This document shows, piece after piece, positions 24,888 to 39,189 of a stretch of 64,000 nucleotides of DNA. Source of the stretch: the human T2T-CHM13v2.0 reference genome, Homo sapiens. The notes under the pieces are model-generated. The model was given only the letters and a program-made list of their open reading frames with translations, was not told the origin of the DNA and searched no databases. The position numbers were made by a program, and so were the translations under genes. Where the stretch lies: NCBI RefSeq assembly GCF_009914755.1, contig NC_060944.1, one strand, 5' to 3'. Within the stretch, counting starts at the first letter, position 1. Every line of letters begins with the position of its first letter.

Positions 24888-25439
24888 TCTCCTTGATTTC
24901 TAAGTGAGCTACCGGTGACTGGGCAGACACATGCATTCGAGGTCTTAGAATCATCTCATTTCTGTTTCTCCTCAATTGCCAAGTGTTACTTTCATTTCCA
25001 CTCTGCTCTGCAAGATGACTCCCCTGTGACCTGCTGCATTCACAGAAAAGAGGCAAAAGGAAAAAGATCACTTCAGGACAAAGCAGCCACAGCCAGGCCC
25101 ATGGGCCATGCCTTCTCAGGCCACCCCTCACTCCTGTGACCCCAAAGGGTAAAACAGCTTCCCATCCCCCGCCCCAGGACACCTGTTTAGAAAGCTTATG
25201 AGGAAGATCTGTTCCTCCTTTGAGTTGCTGTAGACAGGTACACTCATCTTTGGGGAGGGTTCTCTTTTGTTCTCCCTTTCACCAGCTCACCCCTTCTTGC
25301 CAGGGAAATAGAATTGCTTGTCTGGGTGGATAAGCATGCCTTGTGTTTACAGGACACCTCTCTCCTGAGGAGTGTAAGCCTTTTACATAAAGGTGCCCTC
25401 GGGCATCACAGCTGGTATAGTAATAGCTGCATTCTCTGG

Positions 25440-25896
25440 GTCTTTCAGGAAGCAGACACCACTGTGCCTGCCCATGGTTCCTTGCTCTTACCACATTGGT
25501 GCACACTGGCCACATTCTGCCTGCTCACACCTGCATTCCTTTGCCCAAAGGCTTTCTTTGGAGGCCAGAGTCCACACTGCTTTGTGCATGGCAGGCTGGA
25601 AATGTCAGAGAATTAACGACCTCTGGAGCAGCCCTCAACCAACGGCTGATGGGAGGTGGTGTACAAATACCCCAGCTCCCTCATCCCTACAGGGGGCTGA
25701 CTCTGAGGCACGAGTGTGCACTGTCTCCTAGAGTTGCCCAGTAGGATTATGCTCCACTTGCCCACAGCCATAACCTGCTGGATAACACAAGCTTTATGGG
25801 CAGCCTTTCCCCCTCTCTCTATTCCTTCTTCCTCTATCTTCACCTCCCAAATACATTACTCTCAGTGTCTGTTCAGTGGGATTGAAAGCCAAGACA
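25440..25896 (+). mobile_element. ERVL solo LTR, LTR16 family
   Basis: gcagccctcaaccaa...aaataccccagctccctc...ttgcccacagc...aagaca. Confidence 0.8.
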
Positions 25897-28193
25897 TTTA
25901 CTTGCATCCTTTTGTAGGTGGGCGATGGTAGACCTAGGGAAGAAGTAATTAGCCATGATGAGGAGGCTGAGAGACAAGACCCAAGAAAGACCAGAGCCAG
26001 GGGGAAACACTGGCACCTCTGCCTGGGGAGGCTGTGCTACCTCCTCATCCCTAGTACTGATGTTCACGACTCTTCCAGAAAAGCCGAGTTAGCTCTCCTC
26101 ATGCTGATTTCCTGAGACTTAGCTGCTCTTATTACCAGATATGAAATCAAGAGTGGGAGACACCACATGTACTCCTTTGCCACAAAGAGGCCCCCTTGCA
26201 ATCTCCAGTCCTAGTCTCTTGCTTGTCCCACAGGTAGAAGGGTAGGTGTGGGGAGGGAATACTGCTGTGCACCTGAGACACTTAGTTTTAGTGGGAAAAG
26301 ACAGCACAAGGACACGTGGGATGCTCTTCAGGGCTGGAAGAGAGGCTGATGGGGGTGGGGCAGTCATGTCCCCAGAACTGCTGTCCTGTCACTTGCAGGG
26401 TTACAGCCTGCCTGCGAGGGGAGATAAATATTCTGTCTTGTTCCATGCTGAATGGCTGCCTCGGTCTAAATGATGCTTTTTTTTCTCCTTTTGAGATAGC
26501 ATCTTTACTTCCACACAGTTCTTCCCCTTGTTACCAGCATTTTCCAGACCTCAGAAGAAAGTTCGAGAAGGATCCTGGTCTTGGTGATGTGAGAGCTCCT
26601 TTGTGCCATGTTTTAGAGCCTCTGCTTCTTTTTGCCTGCCAGTGAGTTCACTGCACTGCTGTTCTTTGCCTCTTCCTGCTCTAAACTTTACAATTGGTTT
26701 GCCAGGGTGAGGCTCTGTTTCCTTTAGGGAAGTAGAAATAGAAGATCAAAGTGAATCTAAAGGAACCATGGACTCTACTGTCCCATGAGCAGGACACTGG
26801 TAGGGGCTGGCTGGGCTTAATTTTTGCTCCGTAAATATGCATGTGTGTTTATTACTTAAAAAGTGTATCTCAAGTAAGCATTTTCCAGCAGAACTGCCTT
26901 ATACATAAATCAGTGCCTCAGACCTATTGCGATTCATAGGCTCTGCACCTGAAACTCAGATGTGGCTCAAATGCAGTGGTGTGATACCTACCACAGCAAC
27001 TCGCCGCTGCTCACTCTTCCTCACTCACAGTCAGCCCTGCCTCATGGCAAGCTCCTCTTGGGTCCTTGGTGGATGCATTGAACTGATACTTCTGCGGGTG
27101 TGGCTTCAAGACATGCTAGAGATGCAGAAATTAATAAAATAGACTCCTTGCCCTGGAAGCACCAGAGTCTAGGAGGCAGAGTGCTGTTTAAAATACTCAA
27201 CAGTGACAGAGTACCTGGCCCTAGGTTGGATGCAGTGAGATTTTAGCTCTTGGAGTTAATGGGCCATGGGGGAGGCGGTGTTGAGGGGTCCTGGTGGAGG
27301 AGGCAGCAGGAAAGCACAGGAGTGGGCACTGGAGGCATTTGGAGGGCAGTTATTTACCAGCTGGTACAGAGCATCTTGGTATTTTAACAGCTGGTACACC
27401 TGTACATGTGTACCCCAGCTGGCCTGTGCCCATTTGACCATGGGGTCATGGGACGCATACCTAAGGAATCAGTGCACTGGGTTTGTCAAAGGGTGGTGGC
27501 TCCCTGCCAAGCATGGGGAGGTCGCAGAGCTTCCTCCTAAAACTCCTAGGGCAGCTCTTCTAGACCTGCTCTACTTCTCAGCAGCTGCAGCATGGATGGG
27601 GAAAGCTGGATCCATACAGCTTGCTCACCTCTAATTACGTTTGCTTGAATCTGTTGGCAGGTCAAGGCTGTGCCTGGAGCCCAGTGTGTTTAAATAAAAG
27701 CTGAGCTGAAGACGCGCCAATGTCCCTTGTCCTGCTCTGTAGCTGTTTTGTGGCTTTGTTTTCTGTCGGGCGCAGACGGTCCAGGCTTTGTCATTTGGAG
27801 AAGTGGTGTGCATGTGTTTTTGTTTCACTCAAAAGATGGTAATTTCCTAACATCATAAAGGTCGAGTTATGAAATTAACATGAGGGGATGCCTGAGTGGA
27901 ACTTAAAAGATTATTTCCACCTCATTTAAGAGATTGATGCTGAATTGCTATTCTGGAGCTCTTGGGTTTGGGCATCTGCTCATTTTTCTGGGACAGATGT
28001 TGTCCCTAGCTTTGTTCATGGGATGGTCATTCTGCTTGGAGTGTGCTGACCTCATGGACACAGTTCATGTCTGGCTTTATGTCCACATCCTATGCAGGGG
28101 CTTTATCACATCTGCTTGGTCTCTCTCTCTCTGTTATGCATTATGGACACACACATGCATGTTACATTACGTTACACATATTTTATTACTATT

Positions 28194-28496
28194 CAGTTGT
28201 CGCTCGGTATCTTCAGGGGATTTGTTCCAGGACCCCTCACAGTTGCCAAAATCCGAGGGTGGGTGCCCAAATCCCTGATATGATCCTCCCATATGCTTTA
28301 AGTCATCTCCAGATTAATTGTAATACCTATTGCAATGTAAATGCTATGTAAGTAGTTGTTTTACTGTATTGTTTAGGGAATAATTACGAGAAAACAGTCT
28401 GTACATGTTCAGTACAGATGCAATTTTTAAGATATTTTCAATCTGAAGTTGGTTGACTCTGTGGATGTGGAATTCATGAATGTAGAAGACTGACTG
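28194..28496 (+). mobile_element. MER2 (TcMar-Tigger MITE)
   Basis: cagttgtcgctcggtatc...gtctgtacatgttcagtacagatgca...gactgactg followed by TA. Confidence 0.85.
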
Positions 28497-28595
28497 TATA
28501 CAGAATGTGTGTACATGTACACACACATATATATGTATTGAATATGTGGATATATATGTATACATACATACATATGCATGTATTGTGTCTATATG

Positions 28596-28653
28596 CAGTT
28601 AGTCCTCTGTATCCACGGTGAATTTGGAATCCACAGATATAGAGGGCTCACTG
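28596..28653. mobile_element. 58-bp MITE remnant made of two Tigger2/MER2-type terminal inverted repeats
   Basis: Arms cagttagtcctctgtatccacgg and rc cagtgagccctctatatctgtgg match at 17/23. Confidence 0.65.
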
Positions 28654-29399
28654 TGTGTGTGTATATATATATGTATTTATATATATAATTTACTTTTTTG
28701 TGTGAAAGCGTTTGACAGTAAGCTGCAGAAAGACATCATGACTCTTTGGCTCTAAATACTTCAGCCTGATCTAGAAACAAAGCCATTATATTCCTGCTCA
28801 TAACCACAGTGTCATTATCACACTCAAGACATTGGAGCAGTAACCTTAAGAAGTTTAAAAACAATACAAGTAAGGTTTTTGTCACATTAAGCACTTGAGT
28901 GATGGAGCGAACACAGCGATTACTCATTATGGACTAAGCGTTTCCCAAGTCCCTGGCATGGGCTGAGCACTGCACTTAGCACTAAGGAGGCAACAGGCAG
29001 AGGAAAAACATGAATCGGTGAAGACAGTGAAAACATGTGAAGGAAAGGAAAGGAAACTTAGAGAAGCTCATGCTACGTAACTTCAATCTTGGAAAATCTT
29101 AGAACATTAAAAGCCACTTCTATCTCTAGACTGTTAGATCATCCAGAAATCAATACAAATCATCTTAAGATTATCTTATGTCTTAGGTCTCTAAGACACT
29201 TGTTACATTTAAATGGGCTTAAAATAATTAAAACCATATGTTAAGGGAGAGTGGATAGAAGATGCTGTAAAGTTTTGTATAGTTACCTTCCAAGACGTTG
29301 AATAAATACAGTTCCATTTTCTGGTCAAATTAATGTCAATAATGTCTAATATATTCCTATATTCTTATTTCTCCAAATCATCTCCAAAAGTCTTCTATA

Positions 29400-30075
29400 G
29401 TTTTATTTTTTAAATCTAGAATCTAGCCAAGGTTCCCACATTGCATTTTAGAAAATCTCCTGCCATTTTCTTTTTCTTCCAGCCACTGACATTTGGATGC
29501 ATCCAGGCCTGTTGACTTGCAGAATGCCCCATGCTCTGAACTTGTCTGATTAACGGATTACCTCTCTCTGATTAGATGCAGGATGAACATCTTTGACATC
29601 AGGGGTGCGGTGCCCTTCCCAGTGCATCACTTCAGGAGCCACACGATGTCAATATCTCTCATATTTGTTAACTCTGACTGCTTGGTTATGAAGTGTCCAC
29701 CAGGTTGATGCTTTGTCTATGTAAGGTGCTCCTGCTTCTCAACAACCTTTCCCTCTGTGGCTTTAGTATCCTTGGATCATCCTCTCCTAGATCTTTATTA
29801 TAGCAGGGTGTGCAAAATGGTGATTTTCCTATTCAATCATTTCTTCTACGTTAGCTGGTATTCCTCTCTAAATATACCCCTCCCCTTTTAGTATCATTAT
29901 GGATTCATGGATTGAGCCTTCTTTCCTTCCTTCCTTCCTTCCTTCCTTCCTTCCTTCCTTCCTTCCTTCCTTCCTTCCTTCTTTCCTTACATCCGTTTTT
30001 AATCCATTACCTTCATTGTTCTTTTTGGTTTTCAAATTGTCCCAATTTTGGACATAAGAGCCCATTTAAGCTGAC
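29400..30075 (-). mobile_element. L1MC-like 3' fragment
   Basis: cacattgcattt; gcagaatgcccc; caaattgtcccaattttgg motifs. Confidence 0.6.
29918..29988. repeat. (TTCC)n tetranucleotide repeat
   Basis: Direct observation. Confidence 0.98.
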
Positions 30076-30483
30076 ATGGTCCTAACAGAATTTCCAAACT
30101 CACCTTTTTCTTTCCTGTGTGGGTATTTTTGACTTTCAAAGGCTTGGGATTTCCCTCTAGCCTGCATCTACTTGTTCTGTGAAATTTAGTTAGGTTATAA
30201 CAGTCTATCTTGTAATTATCGAGCACTGGTCTTAAACACATAGTGCTCCCTCATGTTCACTCTGCACACACAGGAGATGCAATTTGCACACCAGACCTTG
30301 GCTCACAGCCACAAGCTCCTGGAATGCAGCAAACCCAGGGCCTGTGGTTAAGCCCTTCTCTGAGCTTGTAAGGATGAACTCTTCTTATCAGCTGGAGCTG
30401 GCAAAAAGACGGTAGACATAAAGACAGTGGGGCTGGAAGGAACCCATTTTGGATGAAGAAATTTTCCTTTAAGAAGAAATATA

Positions 30484-30878
<395 letters not shown>

Positions 30879-31499
30879 TTATGCATGGACTAGCGGAGGT
30901 TAGAGTGTGAGCAGGTCCATGCCACATAAGCTTTTGGATGACCCAGCCTGAAAATGTTCCAGATTTATCCTAGGACACACAGGTTTCAACTAGAGTGGGT
31001 GTTTCTGGCAAGATTGATCATTTCTTTTATATTTAAGATATTTTAAAATATAAGGGTACCTCAAGAACCAATGGAATAAGGCCTTGTGGAGCAAACAGGA
31101 ATAGACCTTCATATCCAGACAGCTGTCCCCCCAGCACACATCCCTAGCCTGCTGCAGGGAAGTCCTCACTGTCAGTTTTCCCCCTGTGAACCCCACATCC
31201 AGTGGGTTCACCAGGCAGTTAATATGGGAGGCCAAGACCTAAGGGGGACTTTAGCTACTATTTATACATTTTATGGAACCTTCTATCAGAGAAGTGCTGG
31301 AAGCCACACTGACCCATGAGGAAAAGTGAAAGCTGGAACTTCATTTGCTGAGATGGCAGAAGAATAAGCTTTAGCTGGAAAATTGTTCCTTTCCATTACT
31401 CAGTTTAAAAAAGTTTTTTTGATAGCTCTGCAAACCATTTAATTGATGTTATTATCATCAGCAGCATCATTAGCATTTCAAAAAAGTCTGCTAAATTAA

Positions 31500-31640
31500 G
31501 AATATTTGCTTTCTAGTCTGTCATAGATAAGAAGAATACCTGCCTTGCAAGGTCGTTGATTGGTACATGAGATCACACACAGGGAGCTCTCATCACAGTG
31601 CCCGGCGCAGGATGAGAGCCCAGAAAACGCTGCTGGTGAT
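31500..31640 (+). mobile_element. MIR 3' part
   Basis: aatacctgccttgcaagg...acagtgcccggcgcag. Confidence 0.5.
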
Positions 31641-32705
31641 GACTGAACAAGCTTGGTTGCTGCCATGATGTGGCCTAGGAACACTTCCAAATGAAAAATG
31701 CTCTTCCCAAGCCATTAAATAATTCTTCCTGTTTCAGTCATGTGAAATCTCCTGGCTGTTCACTGTGGCGGATGAGAAGTCACAAGTGGATGTTGGGGGG
31801 CAAGTTTGACTGTCCCTTCCCCTCATTAGAGAAGGGAAAATTAGCCAGAATCCTGCCTTCCTTGGTGCTAAAACTTCACTGGATTGGTTTGCAACCATTT
31901 TTGATTTGAATATTTTTAACTGCAGTGAGATTGGGTTACACAGATACTATCGTGTCTAAATTATACATCCTGTGGCATTTATCACAAGACATTTTCACTG
32001 CTCTAACAGATGAGTGGGAAGTTCTGCTTTTAAGAACGTATCTTTCTCAGGTTGGCACTAAGTGGTGTCACAGTCCCATGTCCCCCAGGGTTGTCCTGGC
32101 CTTGGGGTTCACTGTGCTCTTTGGCCTCAGCCACGCTTCTCACTGCTTCTTCTGACTTTGCGCCATGAGGGTTTGACATTTTTACCCATCCGTATAATCA
32201 AAGGCAATCAAGTTGTTGCTTCATTAATGACGTTTCCTTAGGCTATGTCTATAGAATACCAATTATATGGCTGGAAATTGGGCTAAGTCAATTATCTTAT
32301 TTTTCCCAAAGAGTTTAACACAATCTGAGATTTGGATTAATATTGTGACACATGCCGTCCTGAGAAATGTCTCAGACTTTTGTTCAACGAGTTAATCCTC
32401 CTGCTATCTTCACTTTTCTTTTCTTTTTTTCTCTCAAATTTTATTACAAAATATTCACTAACAATACAAAAATCCAATGTCTTCACTTTTCAATCGTTAC
32501 CCTGGCAGTTGACATTCAAGAACCACAGCTCTGCTGTTATGACAGCTTGGAAGGTGAATGGACGGTAGATGGTAGAGCCTTTTTTTTTTTTTTTAATGAC
32601 ACTATCTCATTCTTACTCATGTTTGTCATTCTCTTGCACTCCTAAAATACCTTAGGTAGCTTTTCGGTCAGTGGGGTCACCTCCTTAGGAGAGAGAAGGA
32701 ACCCA

Positions 32706-33030
<325 letters not shown>

Positions 33031-33176
33031 AAGGGAATCCAGACCACAGCCTTGGGTGCTGCATTGGATGAATAGTCCCTCCTGTTCTCAGAAGCGATGG
33101 TGGTTTCTTCCAGTGCCCTGCTCCTTCCTGACCACCTTCATGGGAGAGGAGGCAGCTACCAGGGCCCTAGGATGTC

Positions 33177-33311
33177 CAGGTTGAGTGTTCCTTGTCTGAA
33201 GTACTTCAGACCAGAAGTATTTGGGATTTGGAGATTTTTTTGTTTTTTTGTTTTTGGATTTTGGAATATTTGCAAATATGCATATATATATGTGTGTGTG
33301 TGTGTGTGTGT

Positions 33312-33387
<76 letters not shown>

Positions 33388-33637
33388 CTGGAGGAGGGGG
33401 ACCCAAATCTAAACATGAAATTTATTTATGTTTCATATACACTTTATACACATAGTCTGAGGGTAATTTTATACAATATTTTAAAGAATTTTATACACGA
33501 AACAACGTTTTGACTGCAACCAGTCACATGAGGTCAGGTGTGGTATTTTCCACTGGTGCTTCATGTTGGTGCTTATAAAGTTTTGGATTCTAGAGCATTT
33601 TGGGTATTGTATTTTAGGATTAGGGATGTTGAACCTG
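33177..33637 (-). mobile_element. Tigger4b/MER46-like MITE
   Basis: TIRs caggttgagt ... gttgaacctg; gtcacatgaggtcaggtgtgg. Confidence 0.8.
33282..33384. repeat. Compound (TG)n(TA)n(GA)n microsatellite
   Basis: Direct observation. Confidence 0.97.
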
Positions 33638-33694
33638 TATTTCTCTCTGAGTGTGTTGTTCTGCCTGGCACGTGAATTCTTCCTTTGGCATCCA

Positions 33695-34091
33695 GGGCCT
33701 GTAAGCAACAGATGGGGTATGCAAAGGGGGTAGTGCTTCATGAAGGGCCCCCATTACCGAGATGTGGGCAGGACAAGGGAGCCAAGAGCAGATGGTGAAG
33801 CACCCAGAGGACCAACAGTGAGGGGCCATCATCATCCTCTGCCCAAGGGAGCAAAGGAGGACAGGGACGAGCTGTGGATGCTGGGGACTTGATGGGGACT
33901 ATGGGCTGGGAGAGAACTACGAGAATAACAATCCTGACTACTCTCTTCTTTCACTCTTTAACTTCCTGCCATTGGCCAAATCCACCTGGAAGCCAGAGGG
34001 GAAAGGAGCCAGGTCCGGCCTCCTGGGGCACAAACTAGGGGCAGTGGGTGTGTAGAGCTGGATCAGGGTAAAAAGGAGAATTTCTAGCACA
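33695..34091 (-). mobile_element. ERVL solo LTR, LTR33-like
   Basis: ccattggccaaatccacctggaagccagaggg...gcaca end matches LTR33 reverse complement. Confidence 0.65.
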
Positions 34092-34096
34092 TTCAG

Positions 34097-34387
<291 letters not shown>

Positions 34388-35327
34388 ATGTTGTCCTTTT
34401 TAAAATACAGAACAAAGCTTGTTTCCTTTGTTTTACAGAAATAGATTATTTGGAAATCCAGGAAAAGTAGATCCTGCCAATAATTAGGTCCTGTTTAGAA
34501 ACTCATTAGCAGAAGACTTTGCTCTGGGAAAGAGTTGCGGCCTTCCCATTTTATGAAGGTTTACTGTTCTCTACATTTAATTTAACTTTTTTATTTCTTT
34601 AATTTAAAAAAACGTACTAATATTTAGCTACCAAGTATTGGATCATTTTATCCTGTTCTGTTTCAAACACCTGGAAGGTAATTTCTAAAGCTCTTTTCTC
34701 TGGTGATTACTGGAGAGGTAGATTACTGGAAATGCGTTGAGCTTGTCCAGCTATTGAGAAGGTCACTGTTGACTCCCGTGTGTCCTCACTCCATGGCGGG
34801 GCAGGGAGAGTGACGGAGCAGCAGGCAGCCACAACTGCTTTGTTCCCAAATGTCAAGGCATTGGGTTGTCAATAAAAAAACGTTCTTTCATTTTCCCATG
34901 CAAAGTGCCCTCAGGTAGAGATGCCAACGGATGGAACATATGAGCAACAAATGATTTGTTAACTTCACAGACTCTTGCCAGAATAAACAAGAGAAGTGGC
35001 AGTGAGTGCTCTACCCAGAGCCCCCTCTGGAATCTCAGCATGAGACTTCACACATTACAACCCTTCTGACAAGGGTTGTACAAGGTCTCCACATCTTTGC
35101 CTCAAGTGGAGCTGGCTCCAGGACATGTGGTTCTGCTCTGATGACTGTCTGTTCCATTTGCATGTGGTCTTTGTCGTCATATCATTGTTAGATGTTACTG
35201 ACGTGAGCTTGTCTGCTCCCAGCCTCAGGACGCCTGTGGCTTTCTTGGTTTCCCCTACTTTCATGGTCTGATGCATGGGTGCATCCTTCTTGTTTTGTCT
35301 CCATTTCCACAAGATTATGTAGAAGCG

Positions 35328-36730
35328 CGTTCATTCATTCAATGTATATTTATTGGACACCCACTGTGTGTCACTCATTATGTGTTCTGGAACATAAGGA
35401 CAAGGAACAAAGAAGGAAAAGTCCTTCCATGCATGGAGTTTCCATTGGGGTGGTGGGGGCTGGTGGTGAAGACAAACAAAAACATGCACAAATAAATGTA
35501 AAGTATGCTCGAAAGTGATACAGAAAAAAAATGAACAAGGTGAGAGGGATGACAAGTTGGGGGGAGTTTGGAGGGCTTGCTTTTTAAGGCCAAGGTTGAG
35601 GTGACATTTGAGCAGTCTCTGAAGGAGGGAGGGAGGGAGCCATGGAGAGTTCTGAGGAAGAGCATCCAGGCAGAGGGGCAGCAAAGGCCAGGGATGGAAG
35701 CACGCTTGGTGTGTCCAGAGAATGGCACAGAGGGTCAGTGTGGCTGGAGCAGAATGAGGGAGGAGGAGAGGAGTTGGAGGGACGTCAAAGGTCGTGGGGA
35801 ACCAGGTCTCTTAGGGTCTTGGGGGCTGGTGGAGGTCTTCTGCATTCACTGTGGAGTGGAGAGCCGCCTCTTGCTTCCTGTGACCAGGCATACATTGTTA
35901 AAGGATCAACCAGAATGTTGGATTGATAATAAAATGTAGTGGGCAAGAGTGGAAGGTGAAAGACTCCAGAGAGTATTATAATAATGGTGGCTCAGTTCAG
36001 AGCAGTAACAGGGGCAGGGTGAGGCGGTATCTGATTCCGGACATGGTTTGCCTTCTTGCAGGATTGATTGGACATGGTTTGAATTGGTGACAACACCCTG
36101 AAGGAGTGGATGTGGGTGAGAAAGAGCAATAGAAGACTCTGCAATTCCTGGCCTGAGCAGTTGTAGGAGAAGGTGAGGGGCGGGTGGAGTGAGCTTCATG
36201 GGAGACCGGGTGTCCTGTGTTGGAAGTGCTCATTTTGAGATGTGTCCTGGGTGTCCCAGTTGAGATCATGAGTAGGATGATAATAAGAGTGTGTGCATCT
36301 GGAGTTCAGGCTGCAGGTCAAGGCTGGAGATACCAAGGGGGGACTGGGAGGAAGACAGAAGCTTATATTGACAGCCATGAAGTGGAGGGGATTCCCCACA
36401 GGAGCAAGCGTAAGCAGAGAGAGGACTAAGAGCCCAGCCCAGGCTCTGCGAGGAGCCAGCAGAGGAGGCTCGGAGGAGCAGCCATCGAGGCAGGAGGAGG
36501 ATCAGGAGAGGTGGCCTGAAAGTTGGGCACCAGGGAGGCGGGAGTGAGCAGTGGGTTGCAGGCTGTGGATGCATCAGGCGACTCCAAGGCCATTAGTGAC
36601 ATGGACAGGAAGAGTTGTGGTGCTGGTAGGAACAAAATTCTGATTGTAATGGGTCCAAAAGAGGATGGAAGGGGAAGGATTGGAAGCAAAGCAGATTGAT
36701 AACTCTTTTTAGTTTTGCTACAGAAAGGTG
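35328..36730 (-). mobile_element. L2 long 3' fragment
   Basis: ttcattcattcaa tail; gaggtgacatttgagcag; ggctggagata motifs. Confidence 0.8.
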
Positions 36731-38059
36731 AAGTAGTATAGTAGTTCATAGGGAAAATGGGAATAAGATTTTTTTTTTACTGGTTAGAAATAAAACGAAA
36801 GTATAATAATAAAAAAAGAAAAAAGCTTGTTTTTATGCTAATGAAATGGTTTCCTGTTTACCTGAATGTATTGGCTTTACAGAGTCTTTTTTCTATTCAT
36901 ATTAACTGATCTGAATCCATTTCTTGCACTCCTTCATTACATGAGCATACCTTCCCTCCTATCAGTAGAGCCGGTCATTATTCCTATAGGAAACACAACG
37001 AGATGCTCTCAAGTCCAGTTTAGTTCAGCTATTCCTTGGGCACTTATAAATCATTTCATATGCTCAAGAAAGAAGTTTGTCACATTACTTTGGTCATTAT
37101 AATGTTTGATTGTTTTATTCTATCATGAAGCTATGAAGGCTATTTTGTATGCAGTATTATTGAATTTGTTGCCTAGTTTGCAGGGCAGTGAGATATATTG
37201 TGGATTTATTCTTCTGGGAACAGATAAGATCCCTCCTTCTGAATCTTCTGCCCCAGAAATATTTTTCCCCCTTCATAGCTAAGTGACTCAGGTGAGTTAG
37301 TTTGTGGTTGAAAACATGTTCCTTGATTCCAAGTTTGCTGTTTGCTTCATCTCATCTACTTAATACACAGTGAGTGCTAGCCTTTTACCTGTGCTATTTG
37401 AAGGTCAAGGCTTTGACCTTGGCAGCATGTGGGGACCCTCTGTGAGCTGATGTATGTGAAATTTTGCTTGTTCCAGGTTGGAGGCCTGCCATGTTACTGG
37501 ACACCCCTCGAGCTGGTTGGAATTAGTTTTAATCATCTGCAGTCTCTACACATGATTTTAACTCAGAAGGGCTCCTTAACACACATCACAGACCATTTTA
37601 CACCATGTTTATTGCAGCAAGAGTCTGGGGCTAACCAGATGACACACTCGTCTTCTGAAACAAAATCGTGCCTTAGGACGGAACCATCTTAGTTGCTTGC
37701 AGGGATGCGGTGCTGTTGTCTCCTGGCCAGAGGTTTCCCTGGGCAGGGCTGGGCTGAGGAGGGCCTCCAATCGGTGGGTCTGGACCTGCTCAGACTCCTC
37801 AGGGCTGGTTTCTCTTTGTCCCAGAGGAGGTGGTCAGGGACAGTGAAGAGCTGTGGCTGAGCCAATTAAATGGCCCCCAGCTGTCCAGGGCCCTGATGTG
37901 GGAGAAACGCTTATTTCCCCATTAAAGGGGAAAAAGGGCATCTTTGAAGCAACCAGGATTTTATGAATGTACTTAAAAATTATCCTCTTTTATACAGAAG
38001 CCATCTTGAAAGGGCTCTCACTGGCCAAATATGGTATATTTCAGGAGAGGAGATAAAAT

Positions 38060-39170
38060 ATAAATCTTGGGAAATAAGAATCCATGATTTCATACTTATA
38101 ATAAATAGATAAAGCAGTGGAGAAGCAAATGTGGAAGGAGGAGGGCTCTTGCTTTCAGTAGAACACTGACTATTAACTGCTAAATGTGGAGAAGGTGCTG
38201 AGTTGGAAACTCATAATTTTGTAACTATCACAGTAAAGATTGGTCTGATAAAAGTCATCAGTAGATGCAAAATCCATGGGAAAGTTTTGATGAGGATATT
38301 TGCATGGTCTTCAAATGCCTCTCATAAGTGTACAGTGGGTAAATATGACAGCACCTTGACTGAAACTTCCTTGTTAAAGTTAACATCACCAAGGAGACCG
38401 ATGGTCATGGTGCCCTCCACATGTGATACACCTTCCTTTCTGCAGTATTCTGGCAAGGAAGGCATGACTTGAATCTAGTTATGAGGAAGCACCAGAAAAA
38501 CCCCCAATGAGGAACATTCTATTGAAGCAAGGGACTGTGTTCTTCCAAAATGCTGAAGTTGTGAAAGACAGGAAGGCTGAGGAATAGCTCCACATTAGAG
38601 GAGACCAGGGAGGTGGGACAGCTAATTAACCACACCTGAATCAGATCCTGTACTGGAGGGAGAAGTGCTTTAGTGCATATTATCGGGTCAATTGACAGTT
38701 TGAAAATGGACAGAAGTTTAGATAAAAGAGTTGTATCAGTGATAAACTTACTGGAATTGATGAGTGTGCTGTGGTCATGTTAGGGAATTCCTTTATTCCT
38801 GGGAAATAAGCATTGAAGTATTTAAGGGTGAGGGGCAATGATGCTTGCTACCTACTCTAGAACAGTTCAGGAAAAATGGTATAGATAGATGGATGGATGA
38901 GTGGTGGACAGATAGGTAGGTAGGTAGGTAGATAGAGTAGATATGATTGATAGATGGATAGATAGGATAGTTGGATGAATGCATAGATAGATGATAGAGA
39001 GAGATAACAGATAGAGATAGAAATGATATAGATAGATAAACAGAATGCTAACAAAAATGAGTACAATATTGACAATAGGTGAATCAGGGTAAAGTGTTTA
39101 TGGGAGTTCCTTGTACGATTGTTGTAATTTTTCTACAAGTTTGAAATTACTTCCCTGCAAAAAATAGAAT
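38060..39170 (+). mobile_element. L1MC4/5-like 3' fragment
   Basis: ggaaataagcattgaagtatttaagggtg; aatattgacaataggtgaatc; tttgaaattacttcc. Confidence 0.7.
38880..39040. repeat. Degenerate (GATA)/(GGTA)/(GGAT) repeat
   Basis: Direct observation. Confidence 0.9.
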
Positions 39171-39189
39171 AAATAAATCAGGCCCCCTT

